Shown here one piece after another: positions 1 through 13,543 of a DNA stretch of 64,000 nt. The position numbers were made by a program, and so were the translations under genes. A model generated the notes under the pieces. That model saw only the letters and a list, made by a program, of their open reading frames with translations. It did not search any database and was not told where the DNA came from. This DNA comes from Octopus vulgaris (taxonomy: Eukaryota): the NCBI GenBank assembly GCA_951406725.2, contig OX597815.1:114576001-114640000 (forward strand), in the 5' to 3' direction. The first letter of the stretch is position 1, and each line of letters opens with the position of its first letter.

Positions 1-519
1 TTGAAAATTTATTTTGATGCGTTATTGTATCTTCGAATAGAGAACAACACACATAAAGTGTGTATTGCCAAGAAGCAGAGGAGTAACTATGCAGTTGCTA
101 TTCCTGTAAGAAATAGCAACTAAATCTTCGTCAAATAACACCCTTTCTTTAAAAAGAAGGAAGGTCATATTAGGTAACGTAGTGCTAGACATACTATGCC
201 TGAATATAAGACAGAAAGTTATGGAGGGAATGCTTTATCTTAGATGTTGACTACATACATGGCAGAAATCAACTTGTGACCGAGTAAGACCACTTCTTGG
301 ATCCACTTTACACTAAGAAACATCTCAAGTGTCGTCTCCCTATTGTTGATGATGTCTCATATGGCTCCCAAGACCTACACGTCATTCCACACTGACAACA
401 AGTCGCGCCTCCTCTCAACAACGGCCCGACCATCTGAATGTTGAAACCTACAATACCGAGTGAGACTGACGTAAGGTGTACCAAGAAACATACTGGATAT
501 CACACTGGTAGATAGGATT

Positions 520-900
520 GCCTCCGTGACTACATTTGCAACTGATTAGGCCTGCCTTTGAGAAGCAGACACGACCACACTGGTCACACGACAGAGACTG
601 TTTTGCGTCCTTCTCACGTGGGGTGGGGTTATATTCTCTATATATTTACCATACCGTTTCAACTCAGTATGTAACTTGTTTTCGAATTCTTTAACACCTG
701 TAGCAATCATATTCTTCCACAGTTGTCTATCTAATGCAAAACCTTCGCAGATGTTAGTATTTACATTGATCTTTTTAAGAGTCTCTTTAAGATTGTATTT
801 GAGATGTTACGTGGCTTGCACTGGAGACGCTTTCTTTTCTTCAGCTCACCATACAACACTTGATTTGGAATTCGGGTGTCCTCTAAACGGACAAGGTAAC
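520..900 (-). mobile_element. RTE-clade LINE 3' end relic
   Basis: Minus strand translates as LVRLEDTRIPNQVLYGELKKRK...LKETLKKINV...ALDRQLWKNMI, then (other frame) CDQCGRVCFSKAGLIS, matching the RTE/BovB ORF C-terminus and its C2H2-like finger; contains a stop and a frameshift. Confidence 0.7.
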
Positions 901-974
901 AAGACCATCATACACATACATATATACATTCATACATGCATACCTAATAAACAAGAGACAGTGAAGCCCTAGAT

Positions 975-1690
975 TTCAAGATGCAACCGAAAACATAGAT
1001 TGTCATATTTCTGTGGAAGACATCACACGTGGTTAGCAGCTACCCAAAAATGTCATCAAAGTACTACCTCCCGATGCGACACAACCTTGTCGCAAAGACA
1101 ATATATAATGCCATCCGGAAAAAGACTGTCCTGAAATAAATATAGAGAATACCCCTGTTATGGAATACGTACACAAACATCAACATAAAGAATACTGGTG
1201 GAACATTCTCATCAAAACATCTGTCAAGTGTAAGCTTAACAGGCCGGATATTGTTACTTGGGACAGACAAGGAAAAGTATGTATTACCATGGAGGTCAGC
1301 TGTCCTGCAGGCGTGAATATATTTTTGAAAACCAATGAGAAAGAGGATAGCTATGGAATGGACAGCTGCTTCGAAACTTCCAATTTCTATATCCAGATTA
1401 CAAATTTACATTTATACCAATAATAATTGATGTATTAAGTTTTGATAGTAAAGGTCCAACTGACAGTCTGGATAAGCTTGGATTTTCAGAAATAGAAATC
1501 AACCAACTCACACATTACAAATACAATTTATAAGTGGAGCAGCAAAAATATAACAAGACTTTTCTCAAGTTTAAAATATAACATCGTTTTCGTTATCTAC
1601 ATTCCAGCGATGGAGTTTTATATCTTTGTTAGAAACCAGTTCCTTCTTCAGAGGAAGAATTTAAATAATTAAAAACAGAACTTACAGACA
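975..1690 (+). mobile_element. RLE-type (R4/Dong-like) non-LTR retrotransposon 3' fragment
   Basis: Reconstructed across frameshifts: CHISVEDIT(H)VVSSYPKMSSKYYLPMRHNLVAK (degenerate CCHC knuckle + RHN), then NRPDIVTWD...MEVSCP...EKEDSY (PD-(D/E)xK restriction-like endonuclease); flanked by CATA-rich tracts. Confidence 0.75.
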
Positions 1691-1997
1691 TACATATATA
1701 TATATATATGAAATTTCGTCCGTCAAATTTGACGATGATCTTGTAGCTGTAAAAAAAATTAAACTAAATAAAAAAGAATGAAAGAAAACGGAGAAGAATT
1801 GCTTATTTATGGCATTTTCTTCCCGCTCCATCCTCAACCTCAGAAGTTCTCAACCGGGAATATATTTTAATACACAGAAGAAAGAGTGTCATAAACAGGC
1901 CGATAAGGCCTATTCCTGGTAGAGAACGCTTTGCCACAGGTCACTTATGAGTGCTATTAATAACATGTACCCCCAGTACAATCTGTTGTAAGTCGAA

Positions 1998-2207
1998 TGG
2001 TCGGCGACTGAACAGGCAATCTTAAGCTTGGTGAAGAGATAAGGGACAACTTGCAGGAGGAAAAACAAGACCTATCAAAGGACAGTGCACAAACGCTCGC
2101 ATTGGTCGGCGACTGAACAGGCAATCTCAAGCTTGGTGAAGAGATAAGGGGCAACTTGCAGGAGGAAAAGCAAGACCTATCAAAGGACAGTGCACAAACG
2201 CTCGCAT
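1998..2207. repeat. Direct tandem duplication, 2 x 105 bp
   Basis: tggtcggcgactgaacaggcaatc...cacaaacgctcgcat at 1998-2102 and 2103-2207, few mismatches. Confidence 0.95.
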
Positions 2208-2329
2208 TTACATACATGTGTGCGTGTGCATGTGTGTGTGTACGCGCGTGTGTGCTGTGTGCGTGTGTATATATATATGTATATATACATGTGTGCGTTT
2301 GTGTGTGTGTGCATGTTTGTGTGTGTATG

Positions 2330-2530
2330 TGTGTTTGTCCCTCACCACCACTTGACACTTGGTACTGGTCTGTTTACGTCCGCGTAACTTAGCGGGTCAG
2401 TAAAGGAGACCAATAGAACGAGTGCCAGGTTTTAAAAATTAGTACTTGGATCGATTTGTTGCACTAAATCCTTCAAATCGGTGTTCCAGTATGGTGGCAG
2501 TCCAATGACTGAAACAAGTATAAAAGATAA
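2330..2530 (+). mobile_element. SINE family 2, 3' half
   Basis: Matches the 3' part of the copies at 9233-9660 and 34630-35053 (gtaacttagcgg...ccagtatggtggcagtccaatgactgaaacaagta). Confidence 0.7.
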
Positions 2531-3005
2531 AAAAAATACACAGATTTTTTTCAGAATAAATTTTGTCATAATTTTCGTAACGCTAGAAAGTCATGTTTCT
2601 AGAACACAAAATGGTCGATCTTTTCCCCATCAAAGATTAAGCGTAAGGGAATTTCAAAGTCTCAACAATTCAATAAAGCAGCTCCTCTCTGTTTCTTGAA
2701 TATATGAATGGAAAACCTTAATTAAAATTGAGATCAAACTCAGATGTTTTAGAGGTTTGATCGCAACTGTATAGATTCAGGTTTGATCTCTTGGCACTTC
2801 ATTTTGAGCAAATGTCTTCTACCATAGTTTCGGATCGAGTAAAGTTTCGTGTGGGAGATCGTTCGTGTAACCGTTTTTATTACTGAGAGGTAGACTTACA
2901 CTGTCACCCATTTTGAGAACATCGGCTGATCCTGGCATACCCTAACAAGTATTCACTTTGTAGCAAGCATTTTGGAGAAGTCTGCGGATAACTTACTCAT
3001 CTCAG

Positions 3006-4933
3006 GGCTTGGATAGCAGCCGCTATCTTACACAAGCTGGACAAAATGCATATTGCACAGGCGGTTTGAGTTGTTTATAACGGAGTGTTTTTGCCGTGTT
3101 AGACGTAAGTCATGGTGTTAAATATTTGTTTGATTGATTGTTGTTGTTCAAATTGTTGCTATTGTTATTTTGCATTGTTGTTTTTTTTCCCATTGTGGAA
3201 TATGGAGAAAGCGACAGCAGGTGGACACAGTTATTCGGCCGCAACTGGAAAAGGGATAGACGCGGAAACGCTGGAAGTACTTGAAATAAAGGTGGAACCA
3301 AGAAAAATGAAGGAATGCGAGAAGTTGCTGGAAAGAGTCGGAGATACACTGAAGTTAACACCGCCTGTGGAATTAACAAACAATGTAACGAAAAGGACGG
3401 TAATATTCAAGACGATGAAGATTGCAACAAGGAAGACAGAAATAGCGACAGCTGAGGCGATTGAAGAGTGTTTAAAGAATATTAAAAAACTAACGACATT
3501 CATAAGAGGAAGAAAGTACGCTACTGTGGAGGTGCGCTTTGCATCAAAAGAGGAAGCAATTAAGCACTCCACAGAGGCAATAAGATCGGAGGAATGAGTA
3601 CTTCTGCCATCGTACTGTGGCAAATGTGTAGCCAGAGAGCGAGTTGGCAAAGTGCCACCAGAAACATGAAAGAGGAGGCCAAGATACTGAAGACCACAAG
3701 GACCTAAAGGATAAACTACTGGGGATATGGGATTGAGTTAACCGTCCAAACAACAGTGGAAGACTTAAACCGAATTGTTGAAGAGATAGTGCTGCTCGAT
3801 GACTTAAGATTGAGAGTGGTGGTGGAGAGCAGGCCGTCTATATGTTTTACATGTGGGGAAAAAGGCCACATGAAGGCGAGGTGCCCCCAGAGAGAACAAC
3901 AAATAGAGCAGACGGAGAGACAGGAGAGTACAGACCAAGTGGTATAGGTCGAGATAAAGGAGAAAGCAACGGAGGAAGAATTCACGGTGGTTAAAAAAAG
4001 AAAGAGAAGTGGGAGAGTAAGCCCTCCACCAGAGAAGCAGAAAAAGAAGAAAGAAAAGGTGGAAATGGAGGTTATGACCAGAAGGAAGGAAGACAAAATG
4101 GTGGTGGATAAAGAAAGTGAAAGGGAAATTGAAAAAGTGTTCGAGAAGTTACATAAGGAGGAGACAGTGGTGAAGACACTGGTTGTTCCAGTGGATGAAA
4201 GAGATTCAGGAGTGCAACTGTACGAGGATGAAATAGAGAGACTGTTCAGACTGGAGGAAGAGAAGGTACTAGGAGTGCAGCAGGAAAGGAGAAAACAAAG
4301 AAGAGGAAAAAATCGATGGAATTTTGTGACGTACGCGAAATGAAAAGAAACTGAAAAGAAAGTTTTTAAATTTAAACATATCATAAGAGTGTATTCCGAG
4401 AATGCGAAGGCCATCGTGGTTGACAAAGACACTTACAATAGACTAAAAGACATGTGTGGAAGCGGGATTGACTCGCCAGGAGTGTTGGTGGAGTTCGACG
4501 AATTGCCACCAGTAGTGGAGCTAAAAGAATTAGAACCTTTCATGAAGTATTAAAAAGGAAAAAAAGTAGCAAAATTGTTTTGTTGAAAAAAAGGAAAAAA
4601 TAATTAAATTGTTTCGTTTTTGCAAAAGAGGGAAAAAACGATGATTAAGAAAAAAACAACGATTGTAAATAGTTTATATGAGTGGGGCCCATGCAGCCAT
4701 TTCATTTTCTTCTTTTTTATATAACATCTCATTTTCATTCGTTTTATATTTTGTGTCCCCACTGTGGTGTTGTGTCAGTCCTTGTGTTGTGGCCGTAGTG
4801 CCAAAGAAAGAAAGAAGCTGCTGTCTTACACGGTAATGAGGAGATAGCGGTTCTCCAGGCCATAAGGATAGAAAGTAGGCATTGGAAAGGCCAAACATTA
4901 AGTATGATCATCCAAGGGGGCAATAAAGAAACA
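3006..4933 (+). mobile_element. ORF1-only non-autonomous non-LTR retroposon (HAL1-like, L1/Tx1-type ORF1)
   Basis: Perfect 16-bp TSD aacttactcatctcag at 2990-3005 and 4934-4949; AATAAA at 4922 with a short A-rich tail; internal gag-like ORF1; no RT or endonuclease between the TSDs. Confidence 0.8.
3202..4553 (+). pseudogene. Disrupted LINE ORF1 (gag-like nucleic-acid-binding protein)
   Basis: MEKATAGGHSYSAA...RGRKYATVEVRF...LRVVVESRPSICFTCGEKGHMKARCP (CX2CX4HX4C knuckle) and a K/E-rich tail; in-frame stops and frameshifts. Confidence 0.75.
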
Positions 4934-5040
4934 AACTTACTCATCTCAGTATCGGAAACCCAAAAAGTGTAATGGTTGCCTCTCTTTGTCGTGTGGCTAA
5001 TCTAGTTTTTAAAATGTATGTGACTTAGATATCTCTCTCT

Positions 5041-5098
5041 AGAACCATTTTTAATTACAGAACCATTTTTAATTAGCCAGAACCATTTTTAATTACAG
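5041..5098. repeat. Tandem repeat, 3 x ~18-20 bp (agaaccatttttaatta)
   Basis: Directly visible. Confidence 0.9.
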
Positions 5099-5369
5099 TG
5101 GAATTCCATCTTAGATAGAAAGAATTACTATTTTAGCAACAGCCATCTTGTTTTACTTGCGAGAGAGCAACTCTATATTCAATTTCGATATATAGACACG
5201 AAGAAATACTCGTGAATTTTTACGATGATATATTTTCAACATTAATGCTCCACAACTTTTTTTTCCTTTTGTCTCGTGTACACTTCTGTTTCAAATGTAT
5301 TCTGGGCAAACAACTTATGTAATTCTCTAAATTTGTGATAGAGTTATTTCTTCCTTCAACACGTTCAAA

Positions 5370-6068
5370 TGTACTTTAGATCTTATACCAATTATTAGTC
5401 TTAAATTCGATTTCTTTCACTAATATATCTTTTTTCCCTAGGAGTATCTTTAATGCCCTGGCTTTAACAATTTCATTTGATGCGCTTCTGAACTCGATTA
5501 TGTTTGACTGCAAACAACCATACTTTCTGTTAAGTACGAAATGAACAAGAAAACCTTTCACCGAGCCATAATTGCTTATATCTGTAGCACTACTTCAACA
5601 AGTAACGTTCTTTTTCTTTTAACGTCATAAGTGCCTGTAGCATAATTACTGAATTCCGAATAATTTCCGACTCAGTTTTAGATCTTGGAATATTTTCTGC
5701 TACTTGAAAATTAGGAAAAATTTTCTTTGTAACAACAGTGGACTGGTTTATTGATTTACATTGTGTGAAATATATGACACTTTCAGCTACTGTATCTTTC
5801 ATTTTCGTTATCAGAATTAACAAATTAATCGAGTGATTCTCATAGATGGGACAATCTTCCCGCCCTCTGGGGCGAATGAGGATTGGAAAAGTGAGTGGAT
5901 ACATTGTCACGTTTAATAATATTAAGACGATTTTAAACTTTTTGAATTTATCAAACGTCATAGCGAAGGAAGAATTATATGGATGCAAGTATTTTTGTCT
6001 TCTCGTTAAAAAAGAGCCAAAGGGTAGGGTGGGGGACAAAAACGTCCACTAATATTGGTGGCAACCTG
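5370..6068 (-). mobile_element. Degraded hAT-like DNA transposon (one end + transposase relic)
   Basis: Terminus caggttgccacc on minus; peptides KKIFPNFQVAENIPRSKTESEII and SATDISNYGSVKGFLV resemble the region around the first catalytic Asp of hAT transposases. Confidence 0.45.
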
Positions 6069-6426
6069 ATATTTTCCGGTTTGAGAACAATTGGTTAATC
6101 TGTCGTCACTGTTTGCTCAATGATTACAGGCATTCCATCCATGACCGTCACGTTTCTGCTTACGTACAACTACAATGCTCGTGTCATTTCATTAAAAAAC
6201 AGGTGTTATTTGAGGGAAATTTGATTGTTATTTCTAGCAGACAGTATAGCTTCATAAAGACACCTTCATTTGTTCATGTGTAATCTGTTAATTTTCGTTG
6301 GTGAACATTCTCACTTAACCACTCTTTGTAAATAATACGTTTATTTGTTGAAGAGACCTTTGTATCAGACTTATATACTAAACTTTCAATTTACAGGGGT
6401 TTTTTGCTTCATAGGGAACCCTGAAA

Positions 6427-6500
6427 CATACATACATACATACACACATACATACATACATACATACATACATACATACATACATACATACATACATACA

Positions 6501-6530
<30 letters not shown>
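6427..6530. repeat. (CATA)n microsatellite
   Basis: Directly visible. Confidence 0.98.
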
Positions 6531-6531
<1 letters not shown>

Positions 6532-7013
6532 TTGTTTGTTTTTATGTTCAATCATAAAAACAATTTTACTTTAATTTGATGAGTTACTCTATATTTTTGT
6601 AGTGTACAAATTTATTATTCTTAAACAAGAATATTATTCACATTGACTTAGCTGGCCAAAAACTTCGAAGTCATTGTCAATAATATTCTTGTTTAAGAAT
6701 TATATACATTTCATTCTGAAATGAATTAACATTCTCATTTCATGATTGAAGGTCGAAAAAATACCTTCAGAGACGATTAAAAATTTTTCGATATTTCAAT
6801 GATACAATACAGATAGGGACAGATATTAGCGTTGAAGTTGATTTTGCACTTTCTTGAAACAAATCGGACATGTAAAGGACCAAAAATCGGAAAATATTAA
6901 AGCTCTGAATCTTTCTCTCTCTCTCTCTCTCTCTCCTTTTTCTCACTAAACACACTCTCACTCAACACACATTCTTTCTTTTCTCATTCATCCTCTCTTT
7001 CTCTGTCTGTCTG

Positions 7014-7084
<71 letters not shown>

Positions 7085-7616
7085 GTTTTATTGATTCTTT
7101 ATGTTGTTATTCATTTCGTTAGGTGTCATTCTCTCTGTCAGTTTTTCAACACCAGTAAACAAAAAACAACAACTTTTAAAATAGATCAACGTTATCAGTC
7201 TTATACATGAAAAGAAGTCGTGTAACAAAATGATTAAAGAAAAACAAAACTTGTTTCTGTCATTGGCACAAAAAGACAGATTTGTGGTGGAGGTGTATAG
7301 TCATATAAAAACACAAATTCATGTGAGAGATGTGAAATAGGCTGGATATAGATTTCTAAAAGAGGTGTAAAGTCAGGTGGAAGCAAACTTTTAAGGGTGG
7401 CGTAGAGTAGACTGGCTAATTCAAGTATTCACTTTGTAGTTGTTGAAAATGAAGAGTAAAATTGTGAAGTTGACACTAATGGGATTTGAACTTATAAGGC
7501 AGAGAATCTAAACTAAAGATGGTTAAAAGATTTAGCTTAGTGTTCTACTGTTTCTCATAGCACCTCGTGAAAATATAAAAATTATAACAAGACACAGAGG
7601 TATGCAGGCGTTCATG

Positions 7617-7678
<62 letters not shown>

Positions 7679-8489
7679 CAAAATGGGACAAGAACGCAAA
7701 ACATTCAGACAATTAGATGATACAAAAAAGGGACAATAAAACATCCAGACAGACGATACAAAGAAAACAAGGACGAGTCATTCGGAGTTTTCTATCCTCA
7801 ACTGAGTTCCAGATTATCTTTGCAATTTCGGCTGGTTATACTTGAGATTGCTCCAATCTGGTCAGCCCCAAGAAAAACTAAGCTAAGAACATTAGATTCC
7901 TTGGAGGAGAGCAACGAATGTATACGAAAATAAGGACGGAAAAAAACAGAAATGTTATACAAATACAAATGCAATTAACAGGACATAACAACAGGTGTCT
8001 TTCGACTAAGGACGAATTAAATTAAGCTGGCGTGTGTGGAAGTAAAGCCTTACAGCAGGGACAAAAGATTTAACAGGCACAGATGTTGCACGAATGGTAG
8101 TCGAACCAAGAAAGAAAGGTCAGGCCTGGTCAAACACCGGTCACCTAGGGAGAGAAGAGAGAGATGTAGAGGCAGAGGATTAGAAGAATTAAGGAGGGGC
8201 GAGAAGAAAATGAAAGAGACACAGTGAAATGAAAAAGGCGGGGAGGGGGGCATGAAGTGAAGGCCAGGAAATGTGAGAGAGGGGGGAACGAAAGAACGAA
8301 GAGTGGAAAGAGCGAAGTGTGGAACGGCTGACAGAAAGAAGGAATGAATGAAAGAATAGAAAGAATAGAGTCGAACAAAATTTAGATATGTATATGTATA
8401 TACTTACATATAAGAGACCAAAGTGTACGTACGCCGATATATATATATATATATACATATGTGGGTTTGTGTGTATGTATGTATAAAAG

Positions 8490-9080
8490 TATTGGCTTCA
8501 AATTTTGGCACAAGGCCGGCAATTTCGGAGGAGAAAGTAAGTTGATTACATCGACAAGCAGTGTTCAACTAGTATTTATTTTATCGATCCCGAAAGGATG
8601 AATGGCGTAAAATATTCTTTTCTACTCTAGACACAAGGCCCGAAATTTTTGGGAAGTGGGCCAGTTGATTAGATCGACCCCTGTACGCAACTGGTACTTA
8701 ATTTATCGACCCTGAAAGGATGAAAGGCAAAGTCGACCTCAGCGGAATTTGAACTCAGAACGTAAAGACAGACGAAATACCGCTAAGCATTTCGCCCGGC
8801 GTGCTAACGTTTCTGCCAGCTCGCCGCCTTATTACACATGAAATGCCGCTAAGCATTTTTGTCTCGTGTGCTGACTATTCTTTTCTACTCTAGGTACAAG
8901 GACTGAAATTTTAGGGGAGGGGGCCAGTCGATTAAATCGATCCCAGTACGTAACAGGTATTTAATTTATCACCCCCAAAAGGATGAAAGGTAAAGTTTAC
9001 CTCGGCGGAATTTGAAAACAAAACGTGAAGACACGCATTTCGCCCGGTGTGCTAACGATTCTGCCAGCTCACCACCATCC
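8490..9080 (-). mobile_element. SINE family 1 cluster (several nested/adjacent copies)
   Basis: Repeated head ggcggcgagctggcagaaacgttagcac, B-box-like gagttcaaattcc and core gaggtcgactttgcctttcatcctttcggggtcgataaa, with alternative tails. Confidence 0.85.
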
Positions 9081-9232
9081 TGAATGGCATAAAATATAGA
9101 AAACACAACTCAATTCTGATTTAATGTTTTTTATTCGGCGTTTCCATATCTACATATAAGACCCCGCAGTTCGTTTGAAACAATGATGTTATCAAATTCA
9201 TCTTTTTTAATAAGGGGGATTTTTTTATCTTG

Positions 9233-9660
9233 TTTACTCTCTTTTACTCTCTTTTACTTGTTTCAGTCATTTGACTGTGGCCATGCTGGAGCACCGCCTT
9301 TAGTCGAGAAAATCGACCCCGGGACTTATTCTTTGTAAGCCCAGTTCTTATTCTATCGGTCGGTTTTGCCGAACCGCTAAGTGACGGGGATGTAAACACA
9401 CCAGCATCGGTTGTCAAGCAATGCTAGGGGGACAAACACAGACACACAAACACACACACATACACACACATATATATATATATATATACATATATACGAC
9501 AGGCTTCTTTCAGTTTCCGTCTACCAAATTCACTCACAAGGCATTAGTCAGCCCGGGGCTATAGCAGAAGACACTTGCCCAAGATGCCACGCAGTGGGAC
9601 TGAACCCGGAACCATGTGGTTGGTTAGCAAGCTACTTACCACACAGCCACTCCTGCGCCT
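9233..9660 (-). mobile_element. SINE family 2, near full length (tRNA-like head, CORE-like segment)
   Basis: Head ggcgcaggagtggctgtgtggt...gggttcagtccc (A/B boxes), cttgggcaagt motif, internal TA/CA tract, tail gactgaaacaagtaaaagagtaaaag; several copies in the window. Confidence 0.85.
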
Positions 9661-9684
9661 ATAACATATTTGATAACATATTAT

Positions 9685-9885
9685 TGATTTCAAGCTTTGG
9701 CATAAAGCTAGCAATTTCGGAGGAGGGTATAAGTCGATTACATCGACGCCATTGCTCAACTGGTATTTATTTTATCGACCCGGAATGGATAAAAAATCAA
9801 ATTCGATCTCGGTGGAATTTGAACTCAGACGAAACACTGTCAAGTATTTTTCCCAGCGTGCAAACGATCCTGCCAGCTCGCCGCC
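9685..9885 (-). mobile_element. SINE family 1, older diverged copy
   Basis: Same head/core as 8490-9080. Confidence 0.75.
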
Positions 9886-10093
9886 GTGTTTATAATATAT
9901 CATTACTATCAGTTTTTGGTTTGGTGTGACGCATTTTGTGTTCTGATTTACGAAATTTTTGTGTCTGTTCGTTTCATCCTCAAAATGAAATCCACTAAAG
10001 CTCTAATTCGTAACACTATTCGAATAGACAAGTGAACCGAGCTTAGAACATTGCCATGTTTTCAGTACGTCGTGTCAAAAACAAAAAAAAACT

Positions 10094-10132
<39 letters not shown>

Positions 10133-10675
10133 CTCTATCTATCTATCTATCTCTATCTCTCTCCCTATCTTTCTCTTTCTCTCTCTCTCTATCTCTCTCT
10201 CGTTCTTTATCTCTCTTTCTTTCTCTCTCTCTCTCTATATATATATATGTGTACATATACATTTACAGGATCTTTTCGGTTTGAACGGCAGTTTTTAACA
10301 TAATTTCTAGGTAACTAAAAAATTTTAAACTTCGTATACTGATAGAATGTGTTTATAAAACATCTTTTTCTCTTGGCTTTATTGAGAAAATTCTATAGTT
10401 TGTAAGATATTTGTTTTTTGTTTTTTTTCAATTTCTGCAATTTCAACCAATCACTGACGTCTATTGAGGTAAACAACATTCTGTGCCGTATGTCCACAGA
10501 AACACGCGCTCACATCTCAGTCACTAATAAAGTGAAGCGACTACATTGAGATCCATAGATCCTGGAGCAATGAATCTATGGGTCCCCAACCTAGTTGTTT
10601 CACTACATACCTGGTATAGATCTGTCTGATCAAGGTTGATCTGGGGCTAAACAAGAACAACAGATAGATAAATGG

Positions 10676-10706
<31 letters not shown>

Positions 10707-10878
10707 CAACTGAGGATAACGGTGTAGTAACGGTGATGGTGATGATGAAGATAACGCAGAGAAAAAGAGGATTCAGTGAAAGAAGCATATATGTGTATGT
10801 ATACATGTATGTATGTATGTATGTATGTATGTATGTATGTATGTATGTATAAAAATATGCAAATATGCATACATACAT

Positions 10879-10932
<54 letters not shown>

Positions 10933-11427
10933 ACATATATATATATGCTACCATATTCATACACAAAATTTTAAAAAAATATAGTATATGGTTATCTAAA
11001 TCTCAGAGTGGCAAGTTGACCATTATTAGACAAAAATATCATTAAACCCAATTTCGTTATCAACTCTCCGTAGACTTCTTCAGCACCTCACCTCTCTTAG
11101 GGTTCTTTATCTCTGTTAAAATAACTGCTTCGTCCTACATTACCAATGTCTCCGAATAGCTAATACGCTATCGGTATCGTGTGTACACGCACAAATGCGC
11201 ATACACAAATACATGATCACACACATACACACACACGTGCGTGTGCGTAAAAATGTAAATTATAGTTTCTGTATAAGTGTTGAAAGTTTCCTGTACTCTG
11301 TAAATTTCTAGAAAAACTATGTACATGTTTGTATGAATATGCATGTATGTCTGTATGTATGTAAGTAGGTAACCGTACATAAATATGTATATCGGTGCGT
11401 GCGTGCGCGCGCGCGTGTATAAATTTG

Positions 11428-11461
<34 letters not shown>

Positions 11462-11694
11462 TGTATGTATGTATGTATGTATGAAAAATATTTGTAAACA
11501 AACGAGAAAGGGTTTGTAAGTTACGGAGAGAAATGGCTTTAAACGAAGAAATCTACTCTAGAAGTTATTCTTTGTAAGCCTAGTACTTATTCTATTTGTT
11601 CTTTTGCCGAACCGCTAAGTTACAGGGACATAAACACACCAGCATTGGTTGTCAAACGACGGCAGGGTAACAAACACAGAAACATACATAAATA

Positions 11695-11777
<83 letters not shown>

Positions 11778-12159
11778 ATTTTTCCCTGTAAGTTTGGAAT
11801 AACATTCCCTCATACTATTATTATTATACACACACACACACATACATACACACACATATACATGAGAGATACCATGAACTACTATGTTACTGTGTGTATA
11901 TGTGTGCCAGCCTGCATACAAGTTCACACGCGCGCATGCACACACACACACATTCACACATGTATATATATATGTGTGTATGTGTGTGTTCATACATGGT
12001 TTTGTATGTGTGTTAGTATATGTATAGTTGCGTGTGTATATGCAGGTGCACAGACATTAGAAATCACTTCCTCTTGATCTTCATGCATTTCTCACATACA
12101 CACACACACACTTGATCAAATATGAGGCCAATGATACATTTTTATCGTCAATCCAAAAA

Positions 12160-12202
<43 letters not shown>

Positions 12203-12402
12203 AGTAGACACCGCTTCCTCTTGATATATTTATTCATACATTTCCCACACAGAACATTGGCACACACACACGCGCACACACACACACACATACACACACA
12301 CACACACGCACGCATACACACACACATACGCACACACACACATGTAACAAAAAGATCTCTCTCTGACACCCTTTCTCTATCTCTCTCTCGCCCCTCTCTT
12401 TC

Positions 12403-12442
<40 letters not shown>

Positions 12443-12594
12443 ATTTAACGTGTGAGAGGAGACAGCTATGGCAAGAGAAGGAATGTGACGGTGAGAGGGT
12501 GAGACGGTGTGAGTATAAAAATGCAGCAACAAAAGAAACTTGTGTTATTTTACACCCTCAAAATATGAAATAAGGCCTTTAATGTTAATGAAGT

Positions 12595-13234
12595 ATACTT
12601 TTCTACTATAGGCACAAGGCACAAAATTTTGGGTGAGGGAGCCAGTCGATTATATCGACCCAGTACGCAACTGGTACTTAATTTATCGACCCTCGAAAGG
12701 ATAAAAGGCAAAGTCGACCTCGGCGGAATTTGAACTCAGAACATAAAGACAGACGAAACACCACTAAGCGTGCTAACGTTTCTTATTTCTTTATTGCCCA
12801 CAAGAGGCTAAACATAGAGAGGACAAACAAGGACAGACAAACGGATTAAGTCGATTACATCGACCCCAGTGCGAAACAGGTACTTATTTAATCGACCCCT
12901 AAAGGATGAAAGGCAAAGTCGACCTCGGCGGAATTTGAACTCAGAACGTAACGCATGCTAATGTTTCTTATTTCTTTATTGCCCAAGCATGCTAATGTTT
13001 CTTATTTCTTTATTGCCCACAAGGGGCTAAACATAGAGAAGACAGACAAACGGATTAAGTTGATTAAGTTGATTACATCGACCCCAGTGCGTAACTGGTA
13101 CTTATTTAATCAACCCCGAAAGGATGAACGGTAAAGTCGACCTCGGTGGAATTTGAACTCAGAACGTAACGGCAGACGAAATACGGCTACGCATTTCGCC
13201 CGGCGTGCTAACGTTTCTGCCAGCTCGCCGCCTT
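12595..13234 (-). mobile_element. SINE family 1 nested array (one head, three bodies)
   Basis: Three consecutive cores with tails B, B, A. Confidence 0.9.
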
Positions 13235-13349
13235 CAAAATATGAAATAATGTCTTTAAAATTAATAAAATACTGAGAATAATGAATGAGGATCTTTAAAT
13301 CATTTTACTAAATTAATATTACTGAAAAGACAAAAAACAATCATATAGA

Positions 13350-13512
13350 CGCAGACTTGGCTTTGATAATAAGTATCCTTCCCAACTGTATGGTTTCTGG
13401 TTCAGTCCCACTGCTGGCATCTTGGACATGTATCTTCGACTATAGCCCCGGGCCGACCAAAGCCTTGAAAGTGGATTTAGTAGACGGAAACTGAAAGCAG
13501 CTTTTAGTGTGC

Positions 13513-13543
<31 letters not shown>

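Noticed and set aside
12595-13234. CRISPR-like repeat/spacer pattern
   Set aside because: Units are ~200-bp SINE bodies with shared tails, not short repeats with unique spacers; eukaryotic context and no cas genes.
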